A program made the translations under genes and the position numbers. DNA of 64,000 nt from Planctomycetota bacterium. Lineage in GTDB: Bacteria; Planctomycetota; B15-G4; JADJEK01. Positions within the stretch are counted from its first letter, which is position 1, and each line of letters opens with the position of its first letter. The stretch is taken from assembly GCA_016213895.1 (NCBI GenBank), contig JACQZJ010000028.1, positions 1,653 through 65,652 of the forward strand, written 5' to 3'. Shown here one piece after another: positions 37,322 through 47,100 of the stretch. A model generated the notes under the pieces. That model was not told the origin of the DNA. It saw only the letters and a program-made list of their open reading frames with translations, and searched no databases.

Positions 37322-39952
37322 CTACGGGCAGAAGGTCACCTGCAGCGCGTCCGAGTGCTGCACGTCGCCGCCGAAGCCCGGGTCGCGCGCCGCGAACTCG
37401 TAGCAGAAGGACTTGCCGGCGAGCCACGCCGTGACGGGGATCGCGACGGACACCGCGCCGGCAGCGTCCGTCTGCACGTAGGTGCGCGTGACGAAGCCGC
37501 CGGTCCAGATGGTGCCCCAGCCCTCGACGTTCTGGCCCTGCTGGTCGCCGGTGAACAGTACGCCCAGGCTGTTCGGCCGGAAGCCCGCGCCGGCCACGGC
37601 GAAATTCGGGTTGCCCAACGCGGGGTCGCCGCCCGTCGCCGCGATGACCGCGAGCTGGCCGGTCGAGCCAGTCTCGCCGTAGCCGTAGTTCCACACCGCG
37701 CAGCCGGACGGATCGGGCACGCGGTAATCCCAAATGCCGCGCCCGTACGTGCCGAAGCGCATCGTGCCCGCGCTTCGCACCGCCTCCACCGACCACCAGT
37801 TGGTGATCGGCGCGTGCACGTCCATGACGTTCGTCCACGCTCCGGCCGCGCGGTCGTAGCGGTAGGCGCCGGCGTCGGTCGCGGCGTAGATGTCGCCGCT
37901 CCCGTCGCAGGAGTAGGCCAGGCCGTTGACCAGGGTCTGCGGCAGGCCGCTCACGAGCGGCTGCCAGGTCTGTCCGCCGTCGATGGTGCGGATGACTCCG
38001 GGCGCGCTGTAGCCCGAGCCGCCCACCGCGCACTCGAGCGGGTTCGCGGGATGCACGGCGATCGCCTGGCCGTAGAAGTACTGCCCGGCCGGCGCGCCCG
38101 GCAGCGGGCTGGTCCAGGTCACGCCGTGGTCCGTGGACACGTAGACGTAGCCGGCCTCGTTCACCGCGTAGCAGCGCTGGGAGTCGGTGGGGGCGAAGGC
38201 CAGAGCCGTGAGGAAAGCGCCGCCGCCGGCGGTGAACGCCTGGCTCGAGTGCAGAGTCGGGCTCCATGTGGAGAACACGCCCTTGGCGAAGCGCCACAGC
38301 CGGTCGCCGCAGAAGAAGAACGCGGTCTTGTCGAGCGGATCGGCGGCGACCGGCGGCATCCACTCGCAGGCGCAGCCGGCCGGATAGTCGACGAAGAAGA
38401 GCGATGGACTCGACTCGCCCTTCTGCACCAGGATGAAGCCCGGGTAGGTGCTGAACACCCAGGCGTGCGTGCCGTCGGCCGAGGTCAGGTGGCCGTAGTC
38501 GCCGCTGATGAGCTGCGTGAACGGCGTGGACGGGCCCGCGGGCAGGGGCTGCACGAACACGCCGCGCTGGTAGCCCTGGTCCTGGGAGCCGGCGGCGATG
38601 ACCAGCGGGTTCGCGGCCGAGGTGAGCGTGGAGTAGTACTGGCTCACGCCGAGCCCGGAGAGCGAGAGGTTGTTCACCGTGGCCGCGAGCGTGTCGCTGT
38701 CGTAGAGGCCGCCGTCGGTGCAGAAGTACCAGCGCTCGCTCCCCGGCAGCGAGGGATGCGGCAGGCAGTGGAGCCCGAAGATGTCGGCGTGCAGCCTGTG
38801 GGCGGGATCGCCGTAGTAGTCGTACCAGGCGTTGACGTGGGCGAAGTTCGCGCCGCCGTTGCTCGAGCGCCAGGCCTCGACCTCGCCGTAGACCACGACG
38901 TTCTGGTCGGTGATCGAGGCGCAGAGCGGTCCCCAGAAGGAGGGAAGCGTGTTCACCTGGGCGAAGCTCGCGCCGCCGTTGCTGGAGCGATGCAGCTGCC
39001 ACTGGCCGCCCGCGTAGACGGCCGCGTAGAGCGCCGGGGCCCCGGCCTCGGAGCCCGCCAGCACGCCGCTCGACGTGCCGCTCGCGACGGTCGAGAGCTT
39101 GGTGAAGGTGTAGCCGGCGTTGGTGGAACGCAGCAGGTCGCCCTGGTGCAGCAGGTAGAGGGTGGAAGACGCGGCCGCGCCCGTGCGCGGCGCCCAGAGC
39201 CAGGCGTCCGACGCCGGGCTCGAGGACCAGCGCTGCAGGAAGGTGTGGCCGCGATCGATCGAGGCGAAGACGGCGCTCCAGGCGCCGGCGCGTCCCAGGC
39301 AGACGATCGTGTCGCTCGCGTCCTGGAGGACATGCAGCCCGCGCACGCTCGTGATGTTCCCGGCGCCCGCCGGGATCTGCCACGTGGCGCCGCCGTCGTG
39401 CGTCACGCGAAGCCTGCCGTCCACCTCGGCGACCACGACGTCCGGATCGCCCGGATTGCTGCCGGCCACCACGACCAGGTCCTCGACGTGGCCATAGAGG
39501 TTGTCGCCGATCGGCTCCCAGTTCGTTCCCGCGAGCGCGCCGCGCCAGATCCCGCCGAGATCCGACCCGGAGTAGAGCGTGGCCTGGTCCGATCCGATGG
39601 CGGCGCAGCGCATGCGGCCGGCCAGGTTGCTCGAGCCGACCTCCGTCCACGGGCTTGGCGCCGCGCGCGCCAGCCCCAGGCCGGTCAGGCGGTTGCGGCG
39701 CTCCATCTCGCGCGCGCCGTTTTCCGCGTTGATCGCGTGCCAATCGACGCCCGGAGCCGTGCGGTGGATGCGCTCCATCCAGGCGCGTCGGCCGCGTCCC
39801 AGCTCTTCCTCGACGTGGCGGTCGTTGCGGCCTCCCGCGGGCGCGGGCGCGGGCAGCCCTTCGCCCGGCCGGGCGCAGCACCCGAGCGCGGGAGCGAGCA
39901 CGAGCGCAACGAGCGAGACGAGCAGGACGCGGGGGCGGGCGAGGCTTCGCAT
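37322..39952 (-). CDS. BNR/Asp-box repeat lipoprotein (sortilin/Vps10- or xyloglucanase-like beta-propeller glycoside-hydrolase-like protein)
   Basis: Lipobox (LVLAPALGCC). Multiple SxDxGxTW-type Asp-boxes (STNAGYTF, SSNGGASF, SSNGGANF, STDHGVTWT, TIDGGQTWQ). Confidence 0.75.
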   Translation of the reverse strand: MRSLARPRVLLVSLVALVLAPALGCCARPGEGLPAPAPAGGRNDRHVEEELGRGRRAWMERIHRTAPGVDWHAINAENGAREMERRNRLTGLGLARAAPSPWTEVGSSNLAGRMRCAAIGSDQATLYSGSDLGGIWRGALAGTNWEPIGDNLYGHVEDLVVVAGSNPGDPDVVVAEVDGRLRVTHDGGATWQIPAGAGNITSVRGLHVLQDASDTIVCLGRAGAWSAVFASIDRGHTFLQRWSSSPASDAWLWAPRTGAAASSTLYLLHQGDLLRSTNAGYTFTKLSTVASGTSSGVLAGSEAGAPALYAAVYAGGQWQLHRSSNGGASFAQVNTLPSFWGPLCASITDQNVVVYGEVEAWRSSNGGANFAHVNAWYDYYGDPAHRLHADIFGLHCLPHPSLPGSERWYFCTDGGLYDSDTLAATVNNLSLSGLGVSQYYSTLTSAANPLVIAAGSQDQGYQRGVFVQPLPAGPSTPFTQLISGDYGHLTSADGTHAWVFSTYPGFILVQKGESSPSLFFVDYPAGCACEWMPPVAADPLDKTAFFFCGDRLWRFAKGVFSTWSPTLHSSQAFTAGGGAFLTALAFAPTDSQRCYAVNEAGYVYVSTDHGVTWTSPLPGAPAGQYFYGQAIAVHPANPLECAVGGSGYSAPGVIRTIDGGQTWQPLVSGLPQTLVNGLAYSCDGSGDIYAATDAGAYRYDRAAGAWTNVMDVHAPITNWWSVEAVRSAGTMRFGTYGRGIWDYRVPDPSGCAVWNYGYGETGSTGQLAVIAATGGDPALGNPNFAVAGAGFRPNSLGVLFTGDQQGQNVEGWGTIWTGGFVTRTYVQTDAAGAVSVAIPVTAWLAGKSFCYEFAARDPGFGGDVQHSDALQVTFCP

Positions 39953-40020
39953 GGGCCGTCCTTCTGGGTTCAGGGCGACGCAGGGCTGAACCCAGCATAA
40001 CCGGAGCCCGGCGCCGCAGC

Positions 40021-40533
40021 CTACGGGTCGATCTTCTCGAGCGCCGCCTGGATCACCGCCGAGAAGTCGGCGGGAAAGGGCGCGCCAGCGTGGCGCACTT
40101 GAACCGGGACGCCCTTGGTCTTCTCCAGCAGGTCGCGGCACAGGCCGCAGCTCTCGAAGTGGGAACGGGCCTGCTGCCTCGTCTCCTCGGGCAGGGCCGC
40201 CTCGTTGAGCGGGTCGGCGCACTGGAAGAACGTCTCGGGGTCGATGTGGCCGCCCCCGGCCTCCTCCATCCGCATGCTGACGAGCGCCGTCCACGTGGCG
40301 CGAAAGACCCAGTTGTAGAAGGTCTCGACCAGGTCGACGAAGCGGCCGGCGCGGAGGTCCGCGGCCAGGGACTGCACGACGCGGGCGAGGCGCGGAGCCG
40401 CTTCCACGTCGGCCTTGCCATAGAAGCGCACGAGCCCTTCGCGAAAGAGCGCCCCGTGGCGTTCGAAAAGGCCCTTCAAACCCTCTCGGTCGCGGCCGAC
40501 GATCTTCCTCAGGACGTCGCGTTCGGTTGGCAT
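40021..40533 (-). CDS. Hypothetical cytoplasmic protein with a C-terminal HxxxCxxC zinc-finger-like motif
   Basis: 170-aa ORF ending in the motif SHFESCGLCRD. It is divergently oriented from the B12-rSAM gene. Confidence 0.5.
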   Translation of the reverse strand: MPTERDVLRKIVGRDREGLKGLFERHGALFREGLVRFYGKADVEAAPRLARVVQSLAADLRAGRFVDLVETFYNWVFRATWTALVSMRMEEAGGGHIDPETFFQCADPLNEAALPEETRQQARSHFESCGLCRDLLEKTKGVPVQVRHAGAPFPADFSAVIQAALEKIDP

Positions 40534-40799
40534 GGCGGCGGATCCGATGCTATCTCACGGATGTGCTGTAACTCGCCGGCGGTCATGCACTTAGGCCTGC
40601 CGCTCCGGCGGGCGGCTTGCTTTCCTCCGTCCCTGAGGATACGTTCGCTCCATCGGGCGGCGAGTATACACCTTCGGCACCGGGGGAGCGCAAGACGACG
40701 GCCGCGCGCGTAACTGGTCGTTCCCGTTGGCCTTGAGGATTGCCGGAACAGCGACGATAGACACCTGAGAGCGCGCTCCGAGGGCGCCGGTGAGGAGCC

Positions 40800-42332
40800 A
40801 TGCGAGTCCTGTTCGTCCAGAAGTACCTCCCCGCCGAGATGATCGGGATCATGTACCTGTCGACGTGGCTGAAGAAGGCCGGCCACGAGGTCAGGACCCA
40901 GTTCCTCCCGGAGAAGGACTGGCTGGAAAAGATCAAGGAGTACCAGCCCCAGGTCCTGGCCTACTCGATGACCACCGGCGACCACGTGTACTACCTGGGC
41001 CTGAACCGGCAGTTGAAGGAGCTGACCGGCGCGTTCTCGGTCTTCGGCAACTCCCATCCCACCTTCGTGCCGGAGATGATCGAGGAGGAGGGGGTGGACG
41101 CCATCTGCCGCGGCGAGGGCGAGATCGCCTTCGCGGATCTCTGCAACCGCCTGCAGAAGGGCGAGGACGTCTCCGACACCAAGAACTTCTGGATCAAGCA
41201 GAACGGCACGATCCACAAGAACCCCCTGCGGCCGCTGGCGCATAACCTCGAGGCTCTCGGGTTCCCGGATCGCGGCGTCATCTACGACCACGGCGACTGC
41301 TACCGCGAGATCGAGCGCAAGATCTTCATCACCGCGCGCGGCTGCCCCAACAGCTGTTCCTACTGCTTCCACCACGCCTGGCGCGACAAGGTCTACGGCG
41401 CCACGGTCAAGGACTACGTGCGCAAGCGGTCGGTCGGCCACGTCATCGAGGAAATCAACCTGGTGCGCGAGAAGTACCCCTTGCGCTTCGTGCACTTCCT
41501 CGACGACATCTTCAACATCAGCGATCAGTGGCTCGACGAGTTCTGCGTGAAGTGGCCCAAGGAGGTCAACCTCCCCTTCGACGTGATCCTGCGCACCAAC
41601 CTTACCACCGAGCAGCAGATGAAGGACCTGAAGCGGGTGGGCTGCATCTCGGCGCGCCTGGCCTTCGAGGCGGCGAACGACTACATCCGCAACGTGGTCT
41701 ACAGGAAGAGCGTGACCATGGAGGACCTGAAGACCTCCTCCCGGCACGTCAAGGAGGCCGGCCTCCGCCTGACCTCGCTGCAGCTCCTCGGCGCGCCCGG
41801 CGGCACGCTCGAGGACGAGCTGGACACGCTGCGCCTCAACATCGAGTGCAAGGTCGACCACCCTTGGGTCAGCCTGCTGCAGCCCTACGCGATGACCGAC
41901 ATCAACGAATACACCAAGGAGATCGGCATCGCGGTCGACGAGTGGGACAAGTTCCCGGAGAAGTTCAACCGCACCACGGCGGTGCACCACCAGCACCGCC
42001 GCGAGGTCGAGAACCTGCACAAGCTCTTCCCCTTCGTGGTGCGCTTCCCGTTCCTCATGCCGATCGTGCCCTTCCTGCTCCGTATGCACTTTCTCCGGCC
42101 CCTCTACCTCGCGATCTACGCCCTGTGGACCGAGTACCTGGTGAGCGAGCAGAACCAGCAGTGGTCCGAGGCCACCGGGAAGCGCGGCCTGCTGTCGTGG
42201 GCGCCCGTCGACTGGCTGCACCGCACCACGGTCAAGGTCTTCCTGCGCCTGCGCGAGGTGCTCTTCGGCAAGAAGTTCAGGAAGGCCCAGCTCAAGCTGC
42301 AGATGAGCACCGACACCCTGATCCACTCGTGA
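40800..42332 (+). CDS. B12-binding-domain radical SAM enzyme (class B rSAM methyltransferase-like)
   Basis: N-terminal cobalamin-binding Rossmann-like region (VLFVQKYLPAEMIGIMYLSTWLKKAGHEV), rSAM motif CPNSCSYC, and a long C-terminal domain. GC is lower than in the flanking DNA. Confidence 0.85.
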   Translation: MRVLFVQKYLPAEMIGIMYLSTWLKKAGHEVRTQFLPEKDWLEKIKEYQPQVLAYSMTTGDHVYYLGLNRQLKELTGAFSVFGNSHPTFVPEMIEEEGVDAICRGEGEIAFADLCNRLQKGEDVSDTKNFWIKQNGTIHKNPLRPLAHNLEALGFPDRGVIYDHGDCYREIERKIFITARGCPNSCSYCFHHAWRDKVYGATVKDYVRKRSVGHVIEEINLVREKYPLRFVHFLDDIFNISDQWLDEFCVKWPKEVNLPFDVILRTNLTTEQQMKDLKRVGCISARLAFEAANDYIRNVVYRKSVTMEDLKTSSRHVKEAGLRLTSLQLLGAPGGTLEDELDTLRLNIECKVDHPWVSLLQPYAMTDINEYTKEIGIAVDEWDKFPEKFNRTTAVHHQHRREVENLHKLFPFVVRFPFLMPIVPFLLRMHFLRPLYLAIYALWTEYLVSEQNQQWSEATGKRGLLSWAPVDWLHRTTVKVFLRLREVLFGKKFRKAQLKLQMSTDTLIHS

Positions 42333-42454
42333 GAAGCGCTCTGGGGGCGCCCTGGCCGGCGGCGCGCGCCGCCTGAATGCCGCCGCACTCTTGCGGCCGG
42401 CCCGCGCGTTCCATAGAACTCGCGGTCCTCGTCCCGCTCCCACGGAAGCCCCAC

Positions 42455-44797
42455 ATGACCGCAGAGACTCGATCGGCGTCCCCGCCCGCGGAACGTGCCG
42501 GCGCCGCGCTCCTTCTCGCCGTGGCGCTGCTCTCCGCCTCCGGCCTGATGTTCGAGGTGACGCTCACGCGCCTGTTCTCCGCCACGATCTGGTACCACTA
42601 CACCTTCGTCGCGATCTCGGTGGCCCTGTTCGGCTGGGGCCTGGGCGGCTTCCTGGTGTGCGTGCTGCGCCTGGCGCGCTTCGAGCGCCAGGTGGCCTCG
42701 ATCCTCGGCGCGCTCTCCCTGCTCGTGGCCGTGACCTTCCCGCTCTTCCTCGTGCTGCTCCTCCAGGTCGGATTCACGCCGCACGACCTGACCTGGTACT
42801 TCCTGCTCAGCCTGCTGCCGTTTCTCGCCGGCGGCGCGGCGCTCAGCCTCGCCTTCGAGAGCCGCGGCAAGGACTCGAACCGCCTCTACTTCGCCGACCT
42901 CCTGGGCGCGGCCGCGGGCACGCTGCTCGTTCCGCTGGCGCTCTCCCGCCTGGGCGCGGAGACGACCATCCTGGCGATCGGCGTGCTGCCCGGGATCGCG
43001 GGCGTCTTGCTCCTCGCACCTTGCGGCGGCGAAGGGCGCCCCTGGCGGCTTCTCGCCGCGCTCGTTCCGCTCGCGGCCGCCCTCTGCGCCGCGTGGAACC
43101 TGACGAGCGACGCCCTGGCGGTGCGGGACGCTCCTGAGAAGGAGCTCTACAAGCTGCTCGCCGCCCATCCCGGGAAGGCGCGCGTGGACAGCGACCGCTG
43201 GAACGCCTACTCGCGCATCACGGCTGTTTCCGGGTTCGACGAGTTCCACATCGCGCGGCTCTTCATCGACAGCAGCGCCGAGACGAGCGTGCTGCGCTGG
43301 AACGGCACGGACCAGGACCCGCCGGGCGCCGCCTCCTGGTTCCGGGCCTTTCCCTTCCGCATGAAGCGCGGCGCGCGCGTGCTGGTGATCGGGCCGGGCG
43401 GCGGAACCGACGTGGTGCTGGCGCTCGTCACCGGCAGCCCGAAGGTGACGGCCGTGGAGATGAACCCGCTCATCGTGGATTGCGTGCGCCGCATCGGCGC
43501 GGCGGCGGGCAACCTCTACGACCATCCGCGCGTCGAGCTGGTCATGCAGGAGGGGCGCAACTACATCGAGCGCACGGACGAGCGCTTCGACCTGATCGTG
43601 CTCGGCTGGGTCGATTCCTGGGCGTCGGTGGCGAGCGGCGGCCTGGCCCTGACCGAGAACTACCTGTACACGCAGGAGGCGCTCGCGGCCTACTACGACC
43701 ACCTGACCGAGGACGGCGCGCTGGCCATCATCCGCTGGCCGATCGACGTGCGGCGCCTCGCGGCCAATGCCGTGGCGTTCCTCGGCGCGCGCGGGCTTCC
43801 GCCGCAAGATGTCGGCCGGCGCGTGCTGGCCGCCAGCCTGCGCCGGCCCGAGGCGGACGAACTGTCCACGGTCGAGACCGTGTTCCTGCTCGCCCGCTCG
43901 CCGCTTCTGCCCGAGAAGGTCGGCGAGCTGCTCGCCGGGCACGAGGACGCGTACTTGATGCACGCCCCGGGCCGGGCGTCCGCGCAGCCCTGGGACGCGC
44001 TCTTCTCCGGGGAAATGACGCTCGCCGCCTACGGCGACAGCTTCGACACGCTCGCCACCCCGGTGAGCGACGACCATCCCTTCTACTTCGCGTGGGACAA
44101 GCCGCTCGGCATCCCGGGCTTCGTGGTGCGGCTGCTGCTCCTGCCGGTCGGTGCGGTCGTGGCCTTCACGCTGCTCCTGCTCCTCGGCGCCAAGCGCCTC
44201 GGCTTCCGGGCGCCGCGCGGCCGCACCGTGGCGTACTTCGGCGCGCTCGGCATGGGCTTCATCATCGTCGAGGTGGCGCTCATTCAGCGCCTGATCCTGC
44301 TGCTCGGCCATCCGCTCTACAGCCTGGTGGTGATCCTGTTCACGCTGCTCGTCTGCGGGGGGATCGGCTCGCTCTGCGCGCGGCGCGTCCCGGCCGAAGG
44401 AGTGCGGCGCGCGCTCGGTTGGATCGTGCCGCTCGTGGTGCTGCTCTTGCTCGCCGGCGCCTTTGCCCTGCCGGACCTCGTGCGGGCGCTCCTGCCGCTC
44501 GCACTCCCGGCGCGCGTCCTGCTCGCAGGCCTGCTCGTCCTGCCGTTCGGCTTCCTCATGGGCATGCCCTTCCCGCTGGGGCTGCGCCACGAGGCGGCCG
44601 ATCCGGGCGGCGCGCCCCTGTCCGCGCTCTGGGGCGTGAACGGCGTGGCCTCGGTGATCGGCTCGATCTGCGGGCTGAGCCTCGCGCTGATCGCCGGCTT
44701 CACCTGGGTCTTCGTGCTCGGCGCCGTCTGCTACGCGGTCGCCTGGGTGGCGCGGCCGCGCGTGCCTCGCCTCGCGCAAGGCGAGCGCGTACCATAG
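42455..44797 (+). CDS. Membrane-embedded spermidine-synthase-like (aminopropyltransferase fold) protein with N- and C-terminal polytopic domains
   Basis: About 7 N-terminal TM helices. A SpeE-like Rossmann core (VLVIGPGGGTDVVLAL...VTAVEMNPLIVD...DLIVL). About 5 C-terminal TM helices. Confidence 0.8.
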   Translation: MTAETRSASPPAERAGAALLLAVALLSASGLMFEVTLTRLFSATIWYHYTFVAISVALFGWGLGGFLVCVLRLARFERQVASILGALSLLVAVTFPLFLVLLLQVGFTPHDLTWYFLLSLLPFLAGGAALSLAFESRGKDSNRLYFADLLGAAAGTLLVPLALSRLGAETTILAIGVLPGIAGVLLLAPCGGEGRPWRLLAALVPLAAALCAAWNLTSDALAVRDAPEKELYKLLAAHPGKARVDSDRWNAYSRITAVSGFDEFHIARLFIDSSAETSVLRWNGTDQDPPGAASWFRAFPFRMKRGARVLVIGPGGGTDVVLALVTGSPKVTAVEMNPLIVDCVRRIGAAAGNLYDHPRVELVMQEGRNYIERTDERFDLIVLGWVDSWASVASGGLALTENYLYTQEALAAYYDHLTEDGALAIIRWPIDVRRLAANAVAFLGARGLPPQDVGRRVLAASLRRPEADELSTVETVFLLARSPLLPEKVGELLAGHEDAYLMHAPGRASAQPWDALFSGEMTLAAYGDSFDTLATPVSDDHPFYFAWDKPLGIPGFVVRLLLLPVGAVVAFTLLLLLGAKRLGFRAPRGRTVAYFGALGMGFIIVEVALIQRLILLLGHPLYSLVVILFTLLVCGGIGSLCARRVPAEGVRRALGWIVPLVVLLLLAGAFALPDLVRALLPLALPARVLLAGLLVLPFGFLMGMPFPLGLRHEAADPGGAPLSALWGVNGVASVIGSICGLSLALIAGFTWVFVLGAVCYAVAWVARPRVPRLAQGERVP

Positions 44798-44802
44798 CGG
44801 CG

Positions 44803-45336
44803 GTGGACGGCGAGGCCGAGCTGCTGGAGATCCTGCGCGAGCACTGGGTGCTGGCTCTCGCAACGCGCGATCCCGAGGACGCGTCCCGCGAGCCCTACTC
44901 CACGCCGCTCTTCTACGCGCTCGTGGACGAGGAGCGCCTGCCTGGCTGCGGCGCGCCCGTCCTCGTCTTCGCCGGCAAGGAGTCGTCGGCCCACGGCCGG
45001 CACCTCGGCTTGGGCCCGACGCGCGCGTCGGCCGCCGTCTTTCTCGAGACCGAGACAGTGGGCCAGATTCGCGGCGTGCAGCTTCGGGGCCACGTGGTCC
45101 AGGCCGCGGCCTGCGCCCGACGCGCCGCCTCCGCTTTTCGGGCCGCGTACTTGACGCGACACCCGGTGGCCGCGCCTCTGCTCCTTCTTCCCGGCGAGAC
45201 GCTCTACGCCTTCGTCATCTCCTGGGCCAAGGTCACGGACAACCGCTTCGGCTTCGGCGTGCGCAAGGTCGTGGAGTTCGCGCCGGACTGGTCCGTCCTC
45301 GGCTGCGATCCGCCCGACGCCGAGCCAGCGCGGTGA
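44803..45336 (+). CDS. Pyridoxamine 5'-phosphate oxidase-like FMN-binding split-barrel protein
   Basis: GTG start 6 nt after the upstream stop. Sequence LEILREHWVLALATRD...PYSTPLFYAL is typical of the PNPOx / general-stress-protein-26 fold. Confidence 0.6.
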   Translation: MDGEAELLEILREHWVLALATRDPEDASREPYSTPLFYALVDEERLPGCGAPVLVFAGKESSAHGRHLGLGPTRASAAVFLETETVGQIRGVQLRGHVVQAAACARRAASAFRAAYLTRHPVAAPLLLLPGETLYAFVISWAKVTDNRFGFGVRKVVEFAPDWSVLGCDPPDAEPAR

Positions 45337-45539
45337 GACGGATCGTCCTCACGCAGGAAGGTCGGCGCCGTCGAGCAGGTTCTGCACCAGGCGGATCATG
45401 AGTTCCTTCTGCGCCGGGTCGCTCTGGGCGGTGAGAAGCGCCAGCGCCACCATCGCGTTGTCGGGCAGGCGCGGCGCGCGCGTCGTCGAGGGACAACAAC
45501 GCAGTCGGCGCCGCCGGTCGCGGGGGATTCCCCGCCGGC

Positions 45540-45810
45540 CGGTCCTCGTCAACCTCGAAGAGCAGGCGCCAGGCCCGGGCATACTGGGTTGTCGCCGTAC
45601 TCGACACATGGTCCGCAGCGCATTGCGGCGAACCGCCGCTTGCCATCGTCACCGACCGCGAACCGGAGAACCTGAACGGCGCCGTCGAGGCATGGTGCGA
45701 GGAGCATCGCGTGGTGCATGTGAAGAACGCCCAGCACACGCCGCAGCACATTCTCTGGGCCGAGCACGGCTGGCGCGAGGTGAAGACGGAGAGCGGCCTG
45801 GGTGCCCCGC
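45540..45810 (+). pseudogene. Degenerate DDE integrase-core (rve-like) transposase fragment
   Basis: YWVVAVLDTWS resembles the YLxxvlDxfSR block. IVTDREPENLNGAVEAWCEEHRVVHVKNAQHTPQ resembles the DNGxEF...PxxPQ block. A large internal deletion separates the two. Confidence 0.35.
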
Positions 45811-46180
45811 TCCTTGTGCCCTCCACGACCGCGGGGCGCCGCCGCCCCGACCCAGCGCCCTGGCGCCTGAACGAAGGCCGCCTGCGCAAGACGCTTGGCT
45901 TTCGCACCGCGGCGGAGCGTGACAAAGACCCGGCGCCGCGCTACAGTGCGGAGCAGCGCGAGGCCTTCTGCGCCGCCGCGCGGGACGCGTGCGCGACGCC
46001 CAGGAGAAGGCACCCTGCCGAACGAGACGCCCTGTGGGAAGTCATGGAGTCCCTTGGCTTGATCACCCGAACCCGAGGCGAGGCGCGGCGTGACGCCATA
46101 CCGGAAGTTGTTTCGTGAGCACTACAGGCAAGTGAGGCCGCAGTGAACAGACACCGCGGCAGAAAGAAGCGTGAACGCGG

Positions 46181-46708
46181 ATGTTGACGGGTCGGAGACA
46201 AGGGACTCTGCGGTCCGTATCGTTACTGATGGCTGCCTGGGTCTGCGGTTGCTCGGCCCGTGATGGAAGGGACGGCTGCGTCGAATGTCTGGCTACGGCC
46301 GATTACAAGGTGGGTGGGATCTGCTGTCGGTTGCCCATCAACTGGCAGAAAGGCGGCGGTTTCTGGTCAGAGGGAGGGGCCGGCGATACGCTGTTCTCCG
46401 GAAGGACGGGAGATGGGGGCGGAGCGGTGCACGTAACGATCAAGAAGGTGGGTTATGACTTGTCCGTCGAGATCTCTGAGGAGAACCTGGCAAGAGCCAT
46501 GACCATCGGTGGGCTGCGTGTGACGCCTTGTGCGATCGGTGGGTCTGATAGTGGAGCTTTCTTGACCTACGTACTCGACGATGTCGACGGGACTCGGTAT
46601 GTCGTGATGATAGATGGAGTTGCGGCCCTAATCAGACAACATATGGACTGTATAGGGACGTTTCTAGCATCAATGCGCAGCGAGCAGGGGGCGGGGAGGG
46701 GGAAGTAG
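46181..46708 (+). CDS. Hypothetical lipoprotein-like protein encoded by a low-GC patch
   Basis: Local GC is roughly 57% against about 70% genome-wide. Signal-like N-terminus (LLMAAWVCGCS). No recognisable domain. Confidence 0.45.
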   Translation: MLTGRRQGTLRSVSLLMAAWVCGCSARDGRDGCVECLATADYKVGGICCRLPINWQKGGGFWSEGGAGDTLFSGRTGDGGGAVHVTIKKVGYDLSVEISEENLARAMTIGGLRVTPCAIGGSDSGAFLTYVLDDVDGTRYVVMIDGVAALIRQHMDCIGTFLASMRSEQGAGRGK

Positions 46709-46879
46709 AGCGGGCGGACGGGTGCGCCGATCTGCGCCGGGTTGCGAGCCGGCGCGATCAAGTGCCGCCGGCATGGTATGGACGTGCGCGTCGTTCTGCG
46801 TCCGCTCCGCGGCGACCGCTATCGGTTCTGCTATCGGCGGAAACGCAGAGGCCGGAACTCCGCTCGCCTGCAACGACTT

Positions 46880-46954
46880 GGCGCGATCCCCTCCCGGTCC
46901 TGAAAACCGCTTAGTCGAAAGGCTACAGGAGTTCGAATCTCCTGCCCTCCGCCA
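46880..46954 (+). other. tRNA 3'-end-like fragment (T-arm, acceptor 3' strand and encoded CCA) without a matching 5' half; possible attachment-site remnant
   Basis: AGGAG-TTCGAAT-CTCCT forms a canonical T-stem/loop. It is followed by GCCCTCC-G-CCA. No complementary GGAGGGC 5' acceptor strand or D-arm is present upstream. Confidence 0.35.
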
Positions 46955-47100
46955 GTTTGTCTTCGCCACGGCGCGCACGGGGGCGCAGGGAATGGGGCTC
47001 CCAAGCCGTATCTGTGGGTGAATACGGATCGGGATCGCCGGCGGAGCAGGACTTGGCCGCTGGCCGCCCGCACGATTCGCGCGCGGGCTGAGGCCGCCCG

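Noticed and set aside
40560-40800. A cobalamin riboswitch upstream of the B12-radical SAM gene
   Set aside because: I could not find the B12-box (AGYCMGGAGACCKGCC-like) or a GCCACTG element.
45349-45609. An 86-aa minus-strand ORF after the PNPOx-like gene
   Set aside because: Only the last about 30 aa look protein-like and there is no domain. It is probably non-coding or a tiny fragment.
46880-46954. A complete tRNA gene
   Set aside because: No D-arm or complementary 5' acceptor strand was found. Only the 3' third is tRNA-like.
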